A DNA stretch of 64,000 nt from Eledone cirrhosa. Lineage: Eukaryota. The stretch spans positions 245,706,001 through 245,770,000 of the forward strand of contig OZ024741.1 in NCBI GenBank assembly GCA_964016885.1, given 5' to 3'. The notes below the pieces were generated by a model, which did no database searches, had not been told where the DNA came from, and was given only the letters and a program-made list of their open reading frames with translations. How positions within the stretch are numbered: position 1 is the stretch's first letter; each line of letters begins with the position of its first letter. The position numbers were made by a program, and so were the translations under genes. Below are positions 52,501-64,000 of this stretch, piece after piece.

Positions 52501-55500
52501 TGGCTGGCGGGAAATTATCTCCCCTTGGACGGCTGGAAATTATCTGCCCTTGATTTTCTTTTTACAAATTATCTTCCACTGATTTTTTTTACAAATTATC
52601 TCCACCTGATTTTTTTAAAAATTATCTCCCCTTCGCTGGCTGGAAATTATCTCCCCTTGGACGCTGGAAATTATAGCCCCTTGGAGGGCTGGAAATTATC
52701 TTCCCTTGGACGGCTGGAAATTATCTCCCCTTGATTTTTTTTACAAATTATCTCCCCCTGATTTTTTTTTACAAATTATCTACCCCTGATTTTTTTTTAC
52801 AACTTATCTGCGCCTGATTTTTTTAAAAAAATTATCTTCCCTTGGACGGCTGGAAATTATCTCCCCTTGGACGGCTGGAAATTATTTCTCCTTGGACGGC
52901 TAGAATTTACCTCTCCTTGGACGGCTGAAAATTATCTCCCCTTGGACGGCTGGAAATTATCTCCCCTTGATTTTTTTTACAAATTATCTCCCCCTGATTT
53001 TTTTTTACAAATTATCTCCCCCTGATTTTTTTTTACAAATTATCTCCCCCTGATTTTTTTTTACAAATTATCTCCCCATGATTTTTTTTACAAATTATCT
53101 CCCCCTGATTTTTTTACAAATTATCTCCCCTTGGCTGGCTGGAAATTATCTCCCCTTGGAGGCTGGAACTTATGTCCCCTTGGACGGCTAGAAATTACCT
53201 CTCCTTGGACGGCTGGAAAATATGTCTCCTTGGACGGCTGGATATTATCTCCCCTTGGACGGCTGGAAATTATCTCCCCTTGGACGGCTGGAAATTATCT
53301 CCCCTTGGATGGCTAGATATTACCTCCCCTTGGGCGGCTGGAAATTATCTCCCCTTGATTTTTTTTACAAATTATCTCCCCCTGATTTTTTTTTACAAAT
53401 TATCTCCCCGATTTTTTTTTACAAATTATCTACCCCTGATTTTTTTTTACAAATTATCTCCCCTTGGAAGGCTGGAAATTATCTCCCCTTCGCTGGCTGG
53501 AAATTATCTCCCCTTGGACGCTGGAAATTATAGCCCCTTGGACGGCTAGAAATTATCTCTCTTTGGACGGCTGGAAATTATCACCCCTTCAGTTTTTTAC
53601 AAATTATCTCCCCCTGATTTTTTTTACAAATTATCTCCCCCTGATTTTTTTTTACAAATTATCTCCCCCTGATTTTTTTTACAAATTATCTCCCCCTGAT
53701 TTTTTTACAAATTATCTCCCCTTGGCTGGCTGGAAATTACCTCCCCTTGTAGGCTGGAATTTATCTCCTCTTGGACGGCTAGAAATTACCTCTCCTTGGA
53801 CGGCTGGAAAATATGTCTCCTTGGACGGCTGGATATTATCTCCCCTTGGACGGCTGGAAATTATCTCCCCTTGGACGGCTGGAAATTATCTCCCCTTGGA
53901 CGGATAGATATTACCTCCCCTTGGACGGCTGGAAATTATCTCCCCTTGATTTTTTTTTACAATTATCTCCCCCTGATTTTTTTTACAAATCTCCCAATGA
54001 TTTTTAAAAAAAAATTATCTCCCCTTCGCTGGCTGGAAATTATTTCCCCTTGGACGCTGGAAATTATAGCCCCTTGGAGGGCTGGAAATTATCTTCCCTT
54101 GGACGGCTGGAAATTATCTCCCCTTGATTTTTTTTACAAATTATCTCCCCCTGATTTTTTTTTACAAATTATCTCCCCCTGATTTTTTTTTTACAAATTA
54201 TCTCCGCCTGATTTTTTTTTAAAAATTACCTGCCCTTGGAGGGCTGGAAATTATCTCCCCTTGGACGGCTGGAAATTATCTCCCCTTGGACGGCTAGAAA
54301 TTATCTCTCCTTGGACGGCTGAAAATTATCTCCCCTTGGACGGCTGCAAATTATCTCCCCTTGATTTTTTTTACAAATTATCTCCCCCTGATTTTTTTTA
54401 CAAATTATCTCCCCCTGATTTTTTTTACAAATTATCTACCCCTGATTTTTTTTACAAATTATCTCCCCCTGATTTTTTTTTACAAATTATCTCCCCCTGA
54501 TTTTTTTTTACAAATTATCTCCCCCTGATTTTTTTTTTACAAATTATCTCCCCCTGATTTTTTTACAAAGTATCTCCCCCTGATTTTTTTACAATCTCCG
54601 CCTGATTTTTTTAAAAATTATCTTCCCTTGGCTGGCGGGAAATTATCTCCCCTTGGACGGCTGGAAATTATCTCCCCTTGGAAGGATGGAAATTATCTCC
54701 CCTTGGACGGCTGGAAATTATCTCCCCTTGCACGGCTGGAAATTATCTCCCCTTGGACGGCTAGAAATTATCTCTCTTTGGACGGCTGGAAATTATCTCC
54801 CTTTGATTTTTTTTACAAATTATCTCCCTCTGATTTTTTCTACAAATCTCCCCCTGATTTTTTTAAAAAAATTATCTCCCCTTCGCTGGCTGGAAATTAT
54901 CTCCCCTTGGACACTGGAAATTATAGCCCCTTGGAGGGCTGGAAATTATCTTCCCTTGGACGGCTGGAAATTATCTACCCCTGATTTTTTTTACAAATTA
55001 TCTCCACCTTATTTTTTTTAAAAATTATCTCTCCTTGGACGGCTGGAAATTATCTCCCCTTGATTTTTTTTACAAATAATCTCCCCCTGATTTGTTTTTA
55101 CAAATTATCTCCCCCTGATTTTTTTTTACAAATTATCTACCCCTGATTTTTTTTTACAAATTATCTCCCCCTGATTTTTTTTACAAATTATCTCCCCCTG
55201 ATTTTTCTTTTACAAATTATCTCCCCCTGATTTTTTTTACAAATTATCTCCGCCTGATTTTTTTAAATATTATCTTCCCTTGGCTGGCGGGAAATTATCT
55301 CCCCTTGGACGGCTGGAAATTATCTGCCCTTGATTTTCTTTTTACAAATTATCTTCCACTGATTTTTTTTACAAATTATCTCCACCTGATTTTTTAAAAA
55401 ATTATCTCCCCTTGGAAGGCTGGAAATTATCTCCCCTTGGCTGGAAATTATCTCCCCTTGGACGGCTAGAAATTATCTCTCTTTGTACGGCTGGAAATTA

Positions 55501-58500
55501 TCACCCCTTGAGTTTTTTACAAATTATCTCCCCCTGATTTTTTTTACAAATCTCCCAGTGTTTTTTAAAAAAAATTATCTCCCCTTCGCTGGCTGGAAAT
55601 TATCTCCCCTTGGACGCTGGAAATTATAGCCCCTTGGAGGGCTGGAAATTATCTTCCCTTGGACGGCTGGAAATTATCTCCCCTTGATTTTTTTTACAAA
55701 TTATCTCCCCCTGATTTTTTTTTACAAATTATCTCCTCCTGATTTTTTTTTACAACTTATCTGCGCCTGATTTTTTTAAAAAAATTATCTTCCCTTGGAC
55801 GGCTGGAAATTATCTCCCCCTGATTTTTTTTACAAATTATCTCCACCTGATTTTTTTACAAATTATCTCCCCTTGGCTGGCTGGAAATTATCTCCCCTTG
55901 GAGGCTGGAACTTATGTCCCCTTGGACGGCTAGAAATTACCTCTCCTTGGACGGCTGGAAAATATGTCTCCTTGGACGGCTGGATATTATCTCCCCTTGG
56001 ACGGCTGGAAATTATCTCCCCTTGGAAGGCTGGAAATTATCTCCCCTTGGATGGCTAGATATTACCTCCCCTTGGACGGCTGGAAATTATCTCCCCTTGA
56101 TTTTTTTACAAATTATCTCCCCCTGATTTTTTTTTACAAATTATCTCCCCCTGATTTTTTTTTACAAATTATCTCCCCCTGATTTTTGTTTACAAATTAT
56201 CTCCGCCTGATTTTTTTTAAAAAATTATCTCCCCTTGGACGGCTGGAAATTATCTCCCCTTGGACGGCTAGAAATTACCTCTCCTTGGACGGCTGAAAAT
56301 TATCTCCCCTTGGACGGCTGGAAATTATCTCCCCTTGATTTTTTTACAAATTATCTCCGCCTGATTTTTTTTTTTTACAAATTATCTCCCCCTGATTTTT
56401 TTTTTACAAATTATCTCCCCCTGATTTTTTTTTACAAATTATCTCCCCCTGATTTTTTTTACAAATTATCTCCCCCTGATTTTTTTTTACAAATTATCTC
56501 CCCCTGATTTTTTTACAAATTATCTCCCCCTGATTTTTTTTACAAATTATCTCCGCCTGATTTTTTTAAATATTATCTTCCCTTGGCTGGCGGGAAATTA
56601 TCTCCCCTTGGACGGCTGAAAATTATCTCCCCTTGGACGGCTGGAAATTATCTCCCCTTGATTTTTTTTACAAATTATCTCCCCCTGATTTTTTTTTACA
56701 AATTATCTCCCCCTGATTTTTTTACAAATTATCTCCCCCTGATTTTTTTTTACAAATTATCTCCCCTTGGCTGGCTGGAAATTATCTCCCCTTGGACGGC
56801 TAGAAATTACCTCTCCTTGGACGGCTGGAAAATATGTCTCCTTGGACGGCTGGATATTATCTCCCCTTGGACGGCTGGAAATCATCTCCCCTTGGACGGC
56901 TGGAAATTATCTCCCCTTGGACGGATAGATATTACCTCCCCTTGGACGGCTGGAAATTATCTCCCCTTGATTTTTTTACAAATTATCTCCCCCTGATTTA
57001 TTTTACAAATCTCCCAATGATTTTTTAAAAAAAATTATCTCCCCTTCGCTGGCTGGAAATTATCTCCCCTTGGACGCTGGAAATTATAGCCCCTTGGAGG
57101 GCTGGAAATTATCTTCCCTTGGACGGCTGGAAATTATCTCCCCTTGATTTTTTTTACAAATTATCTCCCCCTGATTTTTTTTACAAATTATCTCCCCCTG
57201 ATTTTTTTTACAAATTATCTACCCCTGATTTTTTTTACAAATTATTTCCCCCTGATTTTTTTTACAAATTATCTCCCCCTGATTTTTTTTTACAAATTAT
57301 CTCCCCCTGATTTTTTTACAAATTATCTCCGCCTGACTTTTTAAAAAATTATCTTCCCTTGGCTGGCTGGAAATTATCTCCCCTTGGACACTGGAAATTA
57401 TAGCCCCTTGGAGGGCTGGAAATTATCTTCCCTTGGACGGCTGGAAATTATCTCCCCTTGATTTTTTTTACAAATTATCTCCGCCTGATTTTTTTTTACA
57501 AATTATCTCCCCCTGATTTTTTTTTACAAATTATCTACCCCTGATTTTTTTTTACAAATTATCTCCCCCTGATTTTTTTTACAAATTATCTCCCCCTGAT
57601 TTTTTTTTACAAATTATCTCCCCCTGATTTTTTTTTACAAATTTTCTCCCCCTGATTTTTGTTTACAAATTATCTCCGCCTGATTTTTTTAAAAAAATTA
57701 TCTCCCCTTGGACGGCTGGAAATTATCTCCCCTTGGACGGCTAGAAATTACCTCTCCTTGGACGGCTGAAAATTATCTCCCCTTGGACGGCTGAAAATTA
57801 TCTCCCCTTGGACGGCTGGAAATTATCTCCCCTTGATTTTTTTTACAAATTATCTCCCCCTGATTTTTTTTTACAAATTATCTCCCCCTGATTTTTTTAC
57901 AAATTATCTCCCCCTGATTTTTTTTTACAAATTATCTCCCCCTGATTTTTTTTACAAATTATCTCCCTCTGATTTTTTTACAAATTATCTCCCCCTGATT
58001 TTTTTTTTACAAATTATCTCCCCCTGATTTTTTTTTACAAATTATCTCCCCCTGATTTTTTTTTACAAATTATCTCCCCCTGATTTTTTTTACAAATTAT
58101 CTCCCCCCTGATTTTTTTACAAATTATCTCCCCTTGGCTGGCTGGAAATTATCTCCCCTTGGAGGCTGGAACTTATCTCCCCTTGGTCGGCTAGAAATTA
58201 CCTCTCCTTGGACGGCTGGAAAATATGTCTCCTTGGACGGCTGGATATTATCTCCCCTTGGACGGCTGGAAATTATCTCCCCTTGGACGGCTGGAAATTA
58301 TCTCCCATTGGATGGCTAGATATTACCTCCCCTTGGACGGCTGGAAATTATCTCCCCTTGATCTTTTTACAAATTATGTCCCCCTGATTTTTTTTTTACA
58401 AATTATCTCCCCCTGATTTTTTTTTACAAATTATCTACCCCTGATTTTTTTTTACAAATTATCTCCCCCTGATTTTTTTTACAAATTATCTCCCCCTGAT

Positions 58501-59627
58501 TTTTTTTTTACAAATTATCTCCCCCTGATTTTTTTACAAATTATCTCCCACTGATTTTTTTTACAAATTATCTCCGCCTGATTTTTTTAAATATTATCTC
58601 TCCTTGGCTGGCGGGAAATTATCTCCCCTTGGACGGCTGGAAATTATCTCCCCTTGGAAGGATGGAAATTATCTCCCCTTGGACGGCTGGAAATTATCTA
58701 CCCCTGATTTTTTTTACAAATTATCTCCCCCTGATTTTTTTTTACAAATTATCCCCCCCTGATTTTTTTTACAAATTATCTACCCCTGATTTTTTTTACA
58801 AATTATCTCCCCCTGATTTTTTTTACAAATTATCTCCCCATGATTTTTCTTTTACAAATTATCTCCCCCTGATTTTTTTACAAATTATCTCCCCCTGATT
58901 TTTTTTACAAATTATCTCCGCCTGATTTTTTAAAATATTATCTTCCCTTGGCTGGCGGGAAATTATCTCCCCTTGGACGGCTGAAAATTATCTCCCCTTG
59001 GACGGCTGGAAATTATCTGCCCTTGATTTTCTTTTTACAAATTATCTTCCACTGATTTTTTTTACAAATTATCTCCACCTGATTTTTTTAAAAATTATCT
59101 CCCCTTGGAAGGCTGGAAATTATCTCCCCTTGGCTGGAAATTATCTCCCCTTGGACGGCTAGAAATTATCTCTCTTTGGACGGCTGGAAATTATCACCCC
59201 TTGAGTTTTTTACAAATTATCTCCCCCTGATTTTTTTTACAAATCTCCCAGTGATTTTTTAAAAAAAATTATCTCCCCTTCGCTGGCTGGAAATTATCTC
59301 CCCTTGAACGCTGGAAATTATAGCCCCTTGGAGGGCTGGAAATTATCTCCCCTTGGACGGCTGGAAATTATCTCCCCTTGATTTTTTTTACAAATTATCT
59401 CCCCCTGATTTTTTTTTACAAATTATCTCCCCCTGATTTTTTTTTACAAATTATCTCCCCCTGATTTTTTTTTACAAATTATCTCCCCATGATTTTTTTT
59501 ACAAATTATCTCCCCCTGATTTTTTTACAAATTATCTCCCCTTGGCTGGCTGGAAATTATCTCCCCTTGGAGGCTGGAACTTATGTCCCCTTGGACGGCT
59601 AGAAATTACCTCTCCTTGGACGGCTGG
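43563..59627 (+). repeat. Copy 2 of the ~43 kb-offset duplicated segment
   Basis: Rare markers match copy 1: TCCCACAGA (141/43703), CCCTCGGACGG (~1867/~44804), GGACCGCTGG (~4329/~47240), TTGCAAGGC (4801/47712), TTAGACGGATGG (~7555/50541), TTGTAGGCTGG (10761/53747), CTGACTTTT (~14347/~57333), TTGGTCGGCTAG (15381/58183). Confidence 0.93.
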
Positions 59628-62600
59628 AAAATATGTCTCCTTGGACGGCTGGATATTATCTCCCCTTGGACGGCTGGAAATTATCTCCCCTTGGACGGCT
59701 GGAAATTATCTCCCCTTGGATGGCTAGATATTACCTCCCCTTGGGCGGCTGGAAATTATCTCCCCTTGATTTTTTTTACAAATTATCTCCCCCTGATTTT
59801 TTTTTACAAATTATCTCCCCGATTTTTTTTTACAAATTATCTCCCCCTGATTTTTGTTTACAAATTATCTCCGCCTGATTTTTTTTTAAAAATTATCTCC
59901 CCTTGGACGGCTGGAAATTATCTCCCCTTGGACGGCTAGAAATTACCTCTCCTTGGACGGCTGAAAATAATGACCCCTTGGACGGCTGGAAATTATCTCC
60001 CCTTGATTTTTTTACAAATTATCTCCCCCTGATTTTTTTTTTACAAATTATCTCCCCCTGATTTTTTTTTTAAAATTATCTCCCCTTGGACGGCTGGAAA
60101 TTATCTCCCCTTGGACGGCTGGAAATTATCTCCCCTTGGACGGATAGATATTACCTCCCCTTGGACGGCTGGAAATTATCTCCCCTTGATTTTTTTACAA
60201 ATTATCTCCCCCTGATTTATTTTACAAATCTCCCAATGATTTTTTAAAAAAAATTATCTCCCCTTCGCTGGCTGGAAATTATCTCCCCTTGGACGCTGGA
60301 AATTATAGCCCCTTGGAGGGCTGGAAATTATCTTCCCTTGGACGACTGGAAATTATCTCCCCTTGATTTTTTTTACAAATTATCTCCCCCTGATTTTTTT
60401 TACAAATTATCTCCCCCTGATTTTTTTTACAAATTATCTACCCCTGATTTTTTTTACAAATTATCTCCCCCTGATTTTTTTTTACAAATTATCTCCCCCT
60501 GATTTTTTTTTACAAATTATCTCGCCCTGATTTTTTTACAAATTATCTCCCCCTGATTTTTTTTACAATCTCCGCCTGATTTTTTAAAAAATTGTCTTCC
60601 CTTGGCTGGCTGGAAATTATCTCCCCTTGGACACTGGAAATTATAGCCCCTTGGAGGGCTGGAAATTATCTTCCCTTGGACGGCTGGAAATTATCTCCCC
60701 TTGATTTTTTTTACAAATTATCTCCGCCTGATTTTTTTTTACAAATTATCTCCCCCTGATTTTTTTTTACAAATTATCTACCCCTGATTTTTTTTTACAA
60801 ATTATCTCCCCCTGATTTTTTTTACAAATTATCTCCCTCTGATTTTTCTTTTACAAATTATCTCCCCCTGATTTTTTTACAAATTATCTCCCCCTGATTT
60901 TTTTTACAAATTATCTCCGCCTGATTTTTTTAAATATTATCTTCCCTTGGCTGGCGGGAAATTATCTCCCCTTGGACGGCTGGAAATTATCTGCCCTTGA
61001 TTTTCTTTTTACAAATTATCTTCCACTGATTTTTTTTACAAATTATCTCCACCTGATTTTTTAAAAAATTATCTCCCCTTGGAAGGCTGGAAATTATCTC
61101 CCCTTGGACGGCTGGAAATTATCTCCCCTTGGACGGCTAGAAATTATCTCTCCTTGGACGGCTGAAAATTATCTCCCCTTGGACGGCTGCAAATTATCTC
61201 CCCTTGATTTTTTTTACAAATTATCTCCCCCTGATTTTTTTTACAAATTATCTCCCCCTGATTTTTTTTACAAATTATCTACCCCTGATTTTTTTACAAA
61301 TTATCTCCCCCTGATTTTTTTTTACAAATTATCTCCCCCTGATTTTTTTTTACAAATTATCTCCCCCTGATTTTTTTTTTACAAATTATCTCCCCCTGAT
61401 TTTTTTTTACAAATTATCTCCCCTTGATTTTTTTTACAAATAATCTCCCCCTGATTTTTTTTTACAAATTATCTCCCCCTGATTTTTTTTTACAAATTAT
61501 CTACCCCTGATTTTTTTTTACAAATTATCTCCCCCTGATTTTTTTTACAAATTATCTCCCCCTGATTTTTCTTTTACAAATTATCTCCCCCTGATTTTTT
61601 TTACAAATTATCTCCGCCTGATTTTTTTAAATATTATCTTCCCTTGGCTGGCGGGAAATTATCTCCCCTTGGACGGCTGGAAATTATCTGCCCTTGATTT
61701 TCTTTTTACAAATTATCTTCCACTGATTTTTTTTACAAATTATCTCCACCTGATTTTTTAAAAAATTATCTCCCCTTGGAAGGCTGGAAATTATCTCCCC
61801 TTGGCTGGAAATTATCTCCCCTTGGACGGCTAGAAATTATCTCTCTTTGTACGGCTGGAAATTATCACCCCTTGAGTTTTTTACAAATTATCTCCCCCTG
61901 ATTTTTTTTACAAATCTCCCAGTGTTTTTCAAAAAAAATTATCTCCCCTTCGCTGGCTGGAAATTATCTCCCCTTGGACGCTGGAAATTATAGCCCCTTG
62001 GAGGGCTGGAAATTATCTTCCCTTGGACGGCTGGAAATTATCTCCCCTTGATTTTTTTTACAAATTATCTCCCCCTGATTTTTTTTTACAAATTATCTCC
62101 CCCTGATTTTTTTTTACAACTTATCTGCGCCTGATTTTTTTTTAAAAATTATCTCCCCTTGGACGGCTGGAAATTATCTCCCCTTGGACGGCTGGAAATT
62201 ATCTCTCCTTGGACGGCTAGAATTTACCTCTCCTTGGACGGCTGGAAATTATCTCCCCTTGATTTTTTTTACAAATTATCTCCCCCTGATTTTTTTTTAC
62301 AAATTATCTCCCCCTGATTTTTTTTTACAAATTATCTCCCCCTGATTTTTTTTTACAAATTATCTCCCCCTGATTTTTTTTACAAATTATCTCCCCCCTG
62401 ATTTTTTTACAAATTATCTCCCCTTGGCTGGCTGGAAATTATCTCCCCTTGGAGGCTGGAACTTATCTCCCCTTGGACGGCTAGAAATTACCTCTCCTTG
62501 GACGGCTGGAAAATATGTCTCCTTGGACGGCTGGATATTATCTCCCCTTGGACGGCTGGAAATTATCTCCCCTTGGACGGCTGGAAATTATCTCCCCTTG

Positions 62601-64000
62601 GATGGCTAGATATTACCTCCCCTTGGACGGCTGGAAATTATCTCCCCTTGATTTTTTTTACAAATTATCTCCCCCTGATTTTTTTTTACAAATTATCTCC
62701 CCCTGATTTTTTTTTACAAATTATCTCCGCCTGATTTTTTTACAAATTATCTCCCCTTGGCTGGCTGGAAATTATCTCCCCTTGGAGGCTGGAACTTATC
62801 TCCCCTTGGACGGCTAGAAATTACCTCTCCTTGGACGGCTGGAAAATATGTCTCCTTGGACGGCTGGATATTATCTCCCCTTGGACGGCTGGAAATTATC
62901 TCCCCTTGGACGGCTGGAAATTATCTCCCCTTGGATGGCTAGATATTACCTCCCCTTGGACGGCTGGAAATTATCTCCCCTTGATTTTTTTTACAAATTA
63001 TCTCCCCCTGATTTTTTTTTACAAATTATCTCCCCCTGATTTTTTTTTACAAATTATCTCCCCCTGATTTTTGTTTACAAATTATCTCCGCCTGATTTTT
63101 TTTTAAAAATTATCTCCCCTTGGACGGCTGGAAATTATCTCCCCTTGGACGGCTAGAAATTACCTCTCCTTGGACGGCTGAAAATTATCTCCCCTTGGAC
63201 GGCTGGAAATTATCTCCCCTTGATTTTTTTACAAATTATCTCCCCCTGATTTTTTTTTTACAAATTATCTCCCCCTGATTTTTTTTTACAAATTATCTCC
63301 CCCTGATTTTTTTTTACAAATTATCTCCCCCTGATTTTTTTTACAAATTATCTCCCCCCTGATTTTTTTACAAATTATCTCCCCTTGGCTGGCTGGAAAT
63401 TATCTCCCCTTGGAGGCTGGAACTTATCTCCCCTTGGACGGCTAGAAATTACCTCTCCTTGGACGGCTGGAAAATATGTCTCCTTGGACGGCTGGATATT
63501 ATCTCCCCTTGGACGGCTGGAAATTATCTCCCCTTGGACGGCTGGAAATTATCTCCCCTTGGATGGCTAGATATTACCTCCCCTTGGACGGCTGGAAATT
63601 ATCTCCCCTTGATTTTTTTTTACAAATTATCTCCCCCTGATTTTTTTTTACAAATTATCTCCCCCTGATTTTTTTTAAAAAATTATCTCCCCCTGATTTT
63701 TGTTTACAAATTATCTCCGCCTGATTTTTTTAAAAAAATTATCTCCCCTTGGACGGCTGGAAATTATCTCCCCTTGGACGGCTGGAAATTATATCTCCTT
63801 GGACGGCTAGAATTTACCTCTCCTTGGACGGCTGAAAATTATCTCCCCTTGGACGGCTGGAAATTATCTCCCCTTGATTTTTTTTACAAATTATCTCCCC
63901 CTGATTTTTTTTACAAATTATCTCCCCCTGATTTTTTTTTACAAATTATCTCCCCCTGATTTTTTTTTACAAATTATCTCCCCCTGATTTTTTTACAAAT

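Larger units (their letters stand above)
1..64000 (+). repeat. Two-monomer satellite array (A 25 bp / B 26-29 bp), head-to-tail, running off both window ends
   Basis: Every line parses into AAATTATCTCCCC(T/C)TG followed by either GACGGCTGG (A) or A-T(7-10)-AC (B), or recognisable variants. No reverse-orientation monomer and no non-repeat stretch were seen. Confidence 0.98.

Noticed and set aside
91-63959. Hundreds of short + strand ORFs (DGWKLSPLGRLEIISPWTAGNYLPL, PDFFYKLSP and LIFFTNYLP repeats)
   Set aside because: The consensus 25-bp A monomer has no stop in any frame and B has TGA in only one. ORFs overlap in all frames, mostly start at TTG, are frameshifted by T-tract length and never exceed 163 aa. 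They are repeat artefacts.
1-64000. CRISPR array (constant repeat with intervening sequence)
   Set aside because: The constant part is only about 16 bp and the intervening parts are 9-13 bp of just two recurring types. There are no unique spacers, leader or cas genes.
1-64000. Telomerase-synthesised repeat (25-bp unit as in some budding yeasts, G-runs on one strand)
   Set aside because: Variant patterns are copied over kilobases, which indicates DNA-templated duplication and not resynthesis from an RNA template. There is no match to telomere repeats I know. A subtelomeric location is not excluded.
1-64000. Canonical G-quadruplex array on the minus strand
   Set aside because: G4-G5 runs are separated by about 21-24 nt, far longer than the canonical 1-7 nt loops.
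1-64000. Embedded transposon, inversion or unique insert
   Set aside because: None was seen on reading through, and even the most divergent island (17136-18005) parses into family monomers. A very short insert could have been missed by eye.
1-64000. Sequencing concatemer or synthetic artefact for the whole array
   Set aside because: Hierarchically shared rare variants and whole-monomer indels between copies fit natural satellite evolution. Only the 8,246-bp duplication needs read-level validation.

Overview
The whole 64 kb window is one uninterrupted, head-to-tail tandem repeat (satellite) array in a single orientation. I found no unique sequence, genes, RNA genes or transposons. It is built from two short monomers sharing the core AAATTATCTCCCC(T/C)TG. 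Type A is 25 bp (GGAAATTATCTCCCCTTGGACGGCT, 52% GC). Type B is 26-29 bp (ACAAATTATCTCCCCCTGA plus T7-T10, about 30% GC). Roughly 2,400 monomers (64,000/~26.5) alternate in A-blocks and B-blocks, with junction-specific monomer variants. The array has nested higher-order structure: a 224-bp 9-mer cassette, a ~600-630 bp unit, irregular ~2-7 kb duplicated segments, a near-perfect 8,246-bp tandem duplication and a ~43 kb-offset duplication. All listed ORFs are by-products of the repeat. It is most likely a eukaryotic heterochromatic, (peri)centromeric or subtelomeric satellite. I do not recognise the family or the organism, and any function is inference. Offsets were derived by eye and from the ORF track, so boundaries are approximate.
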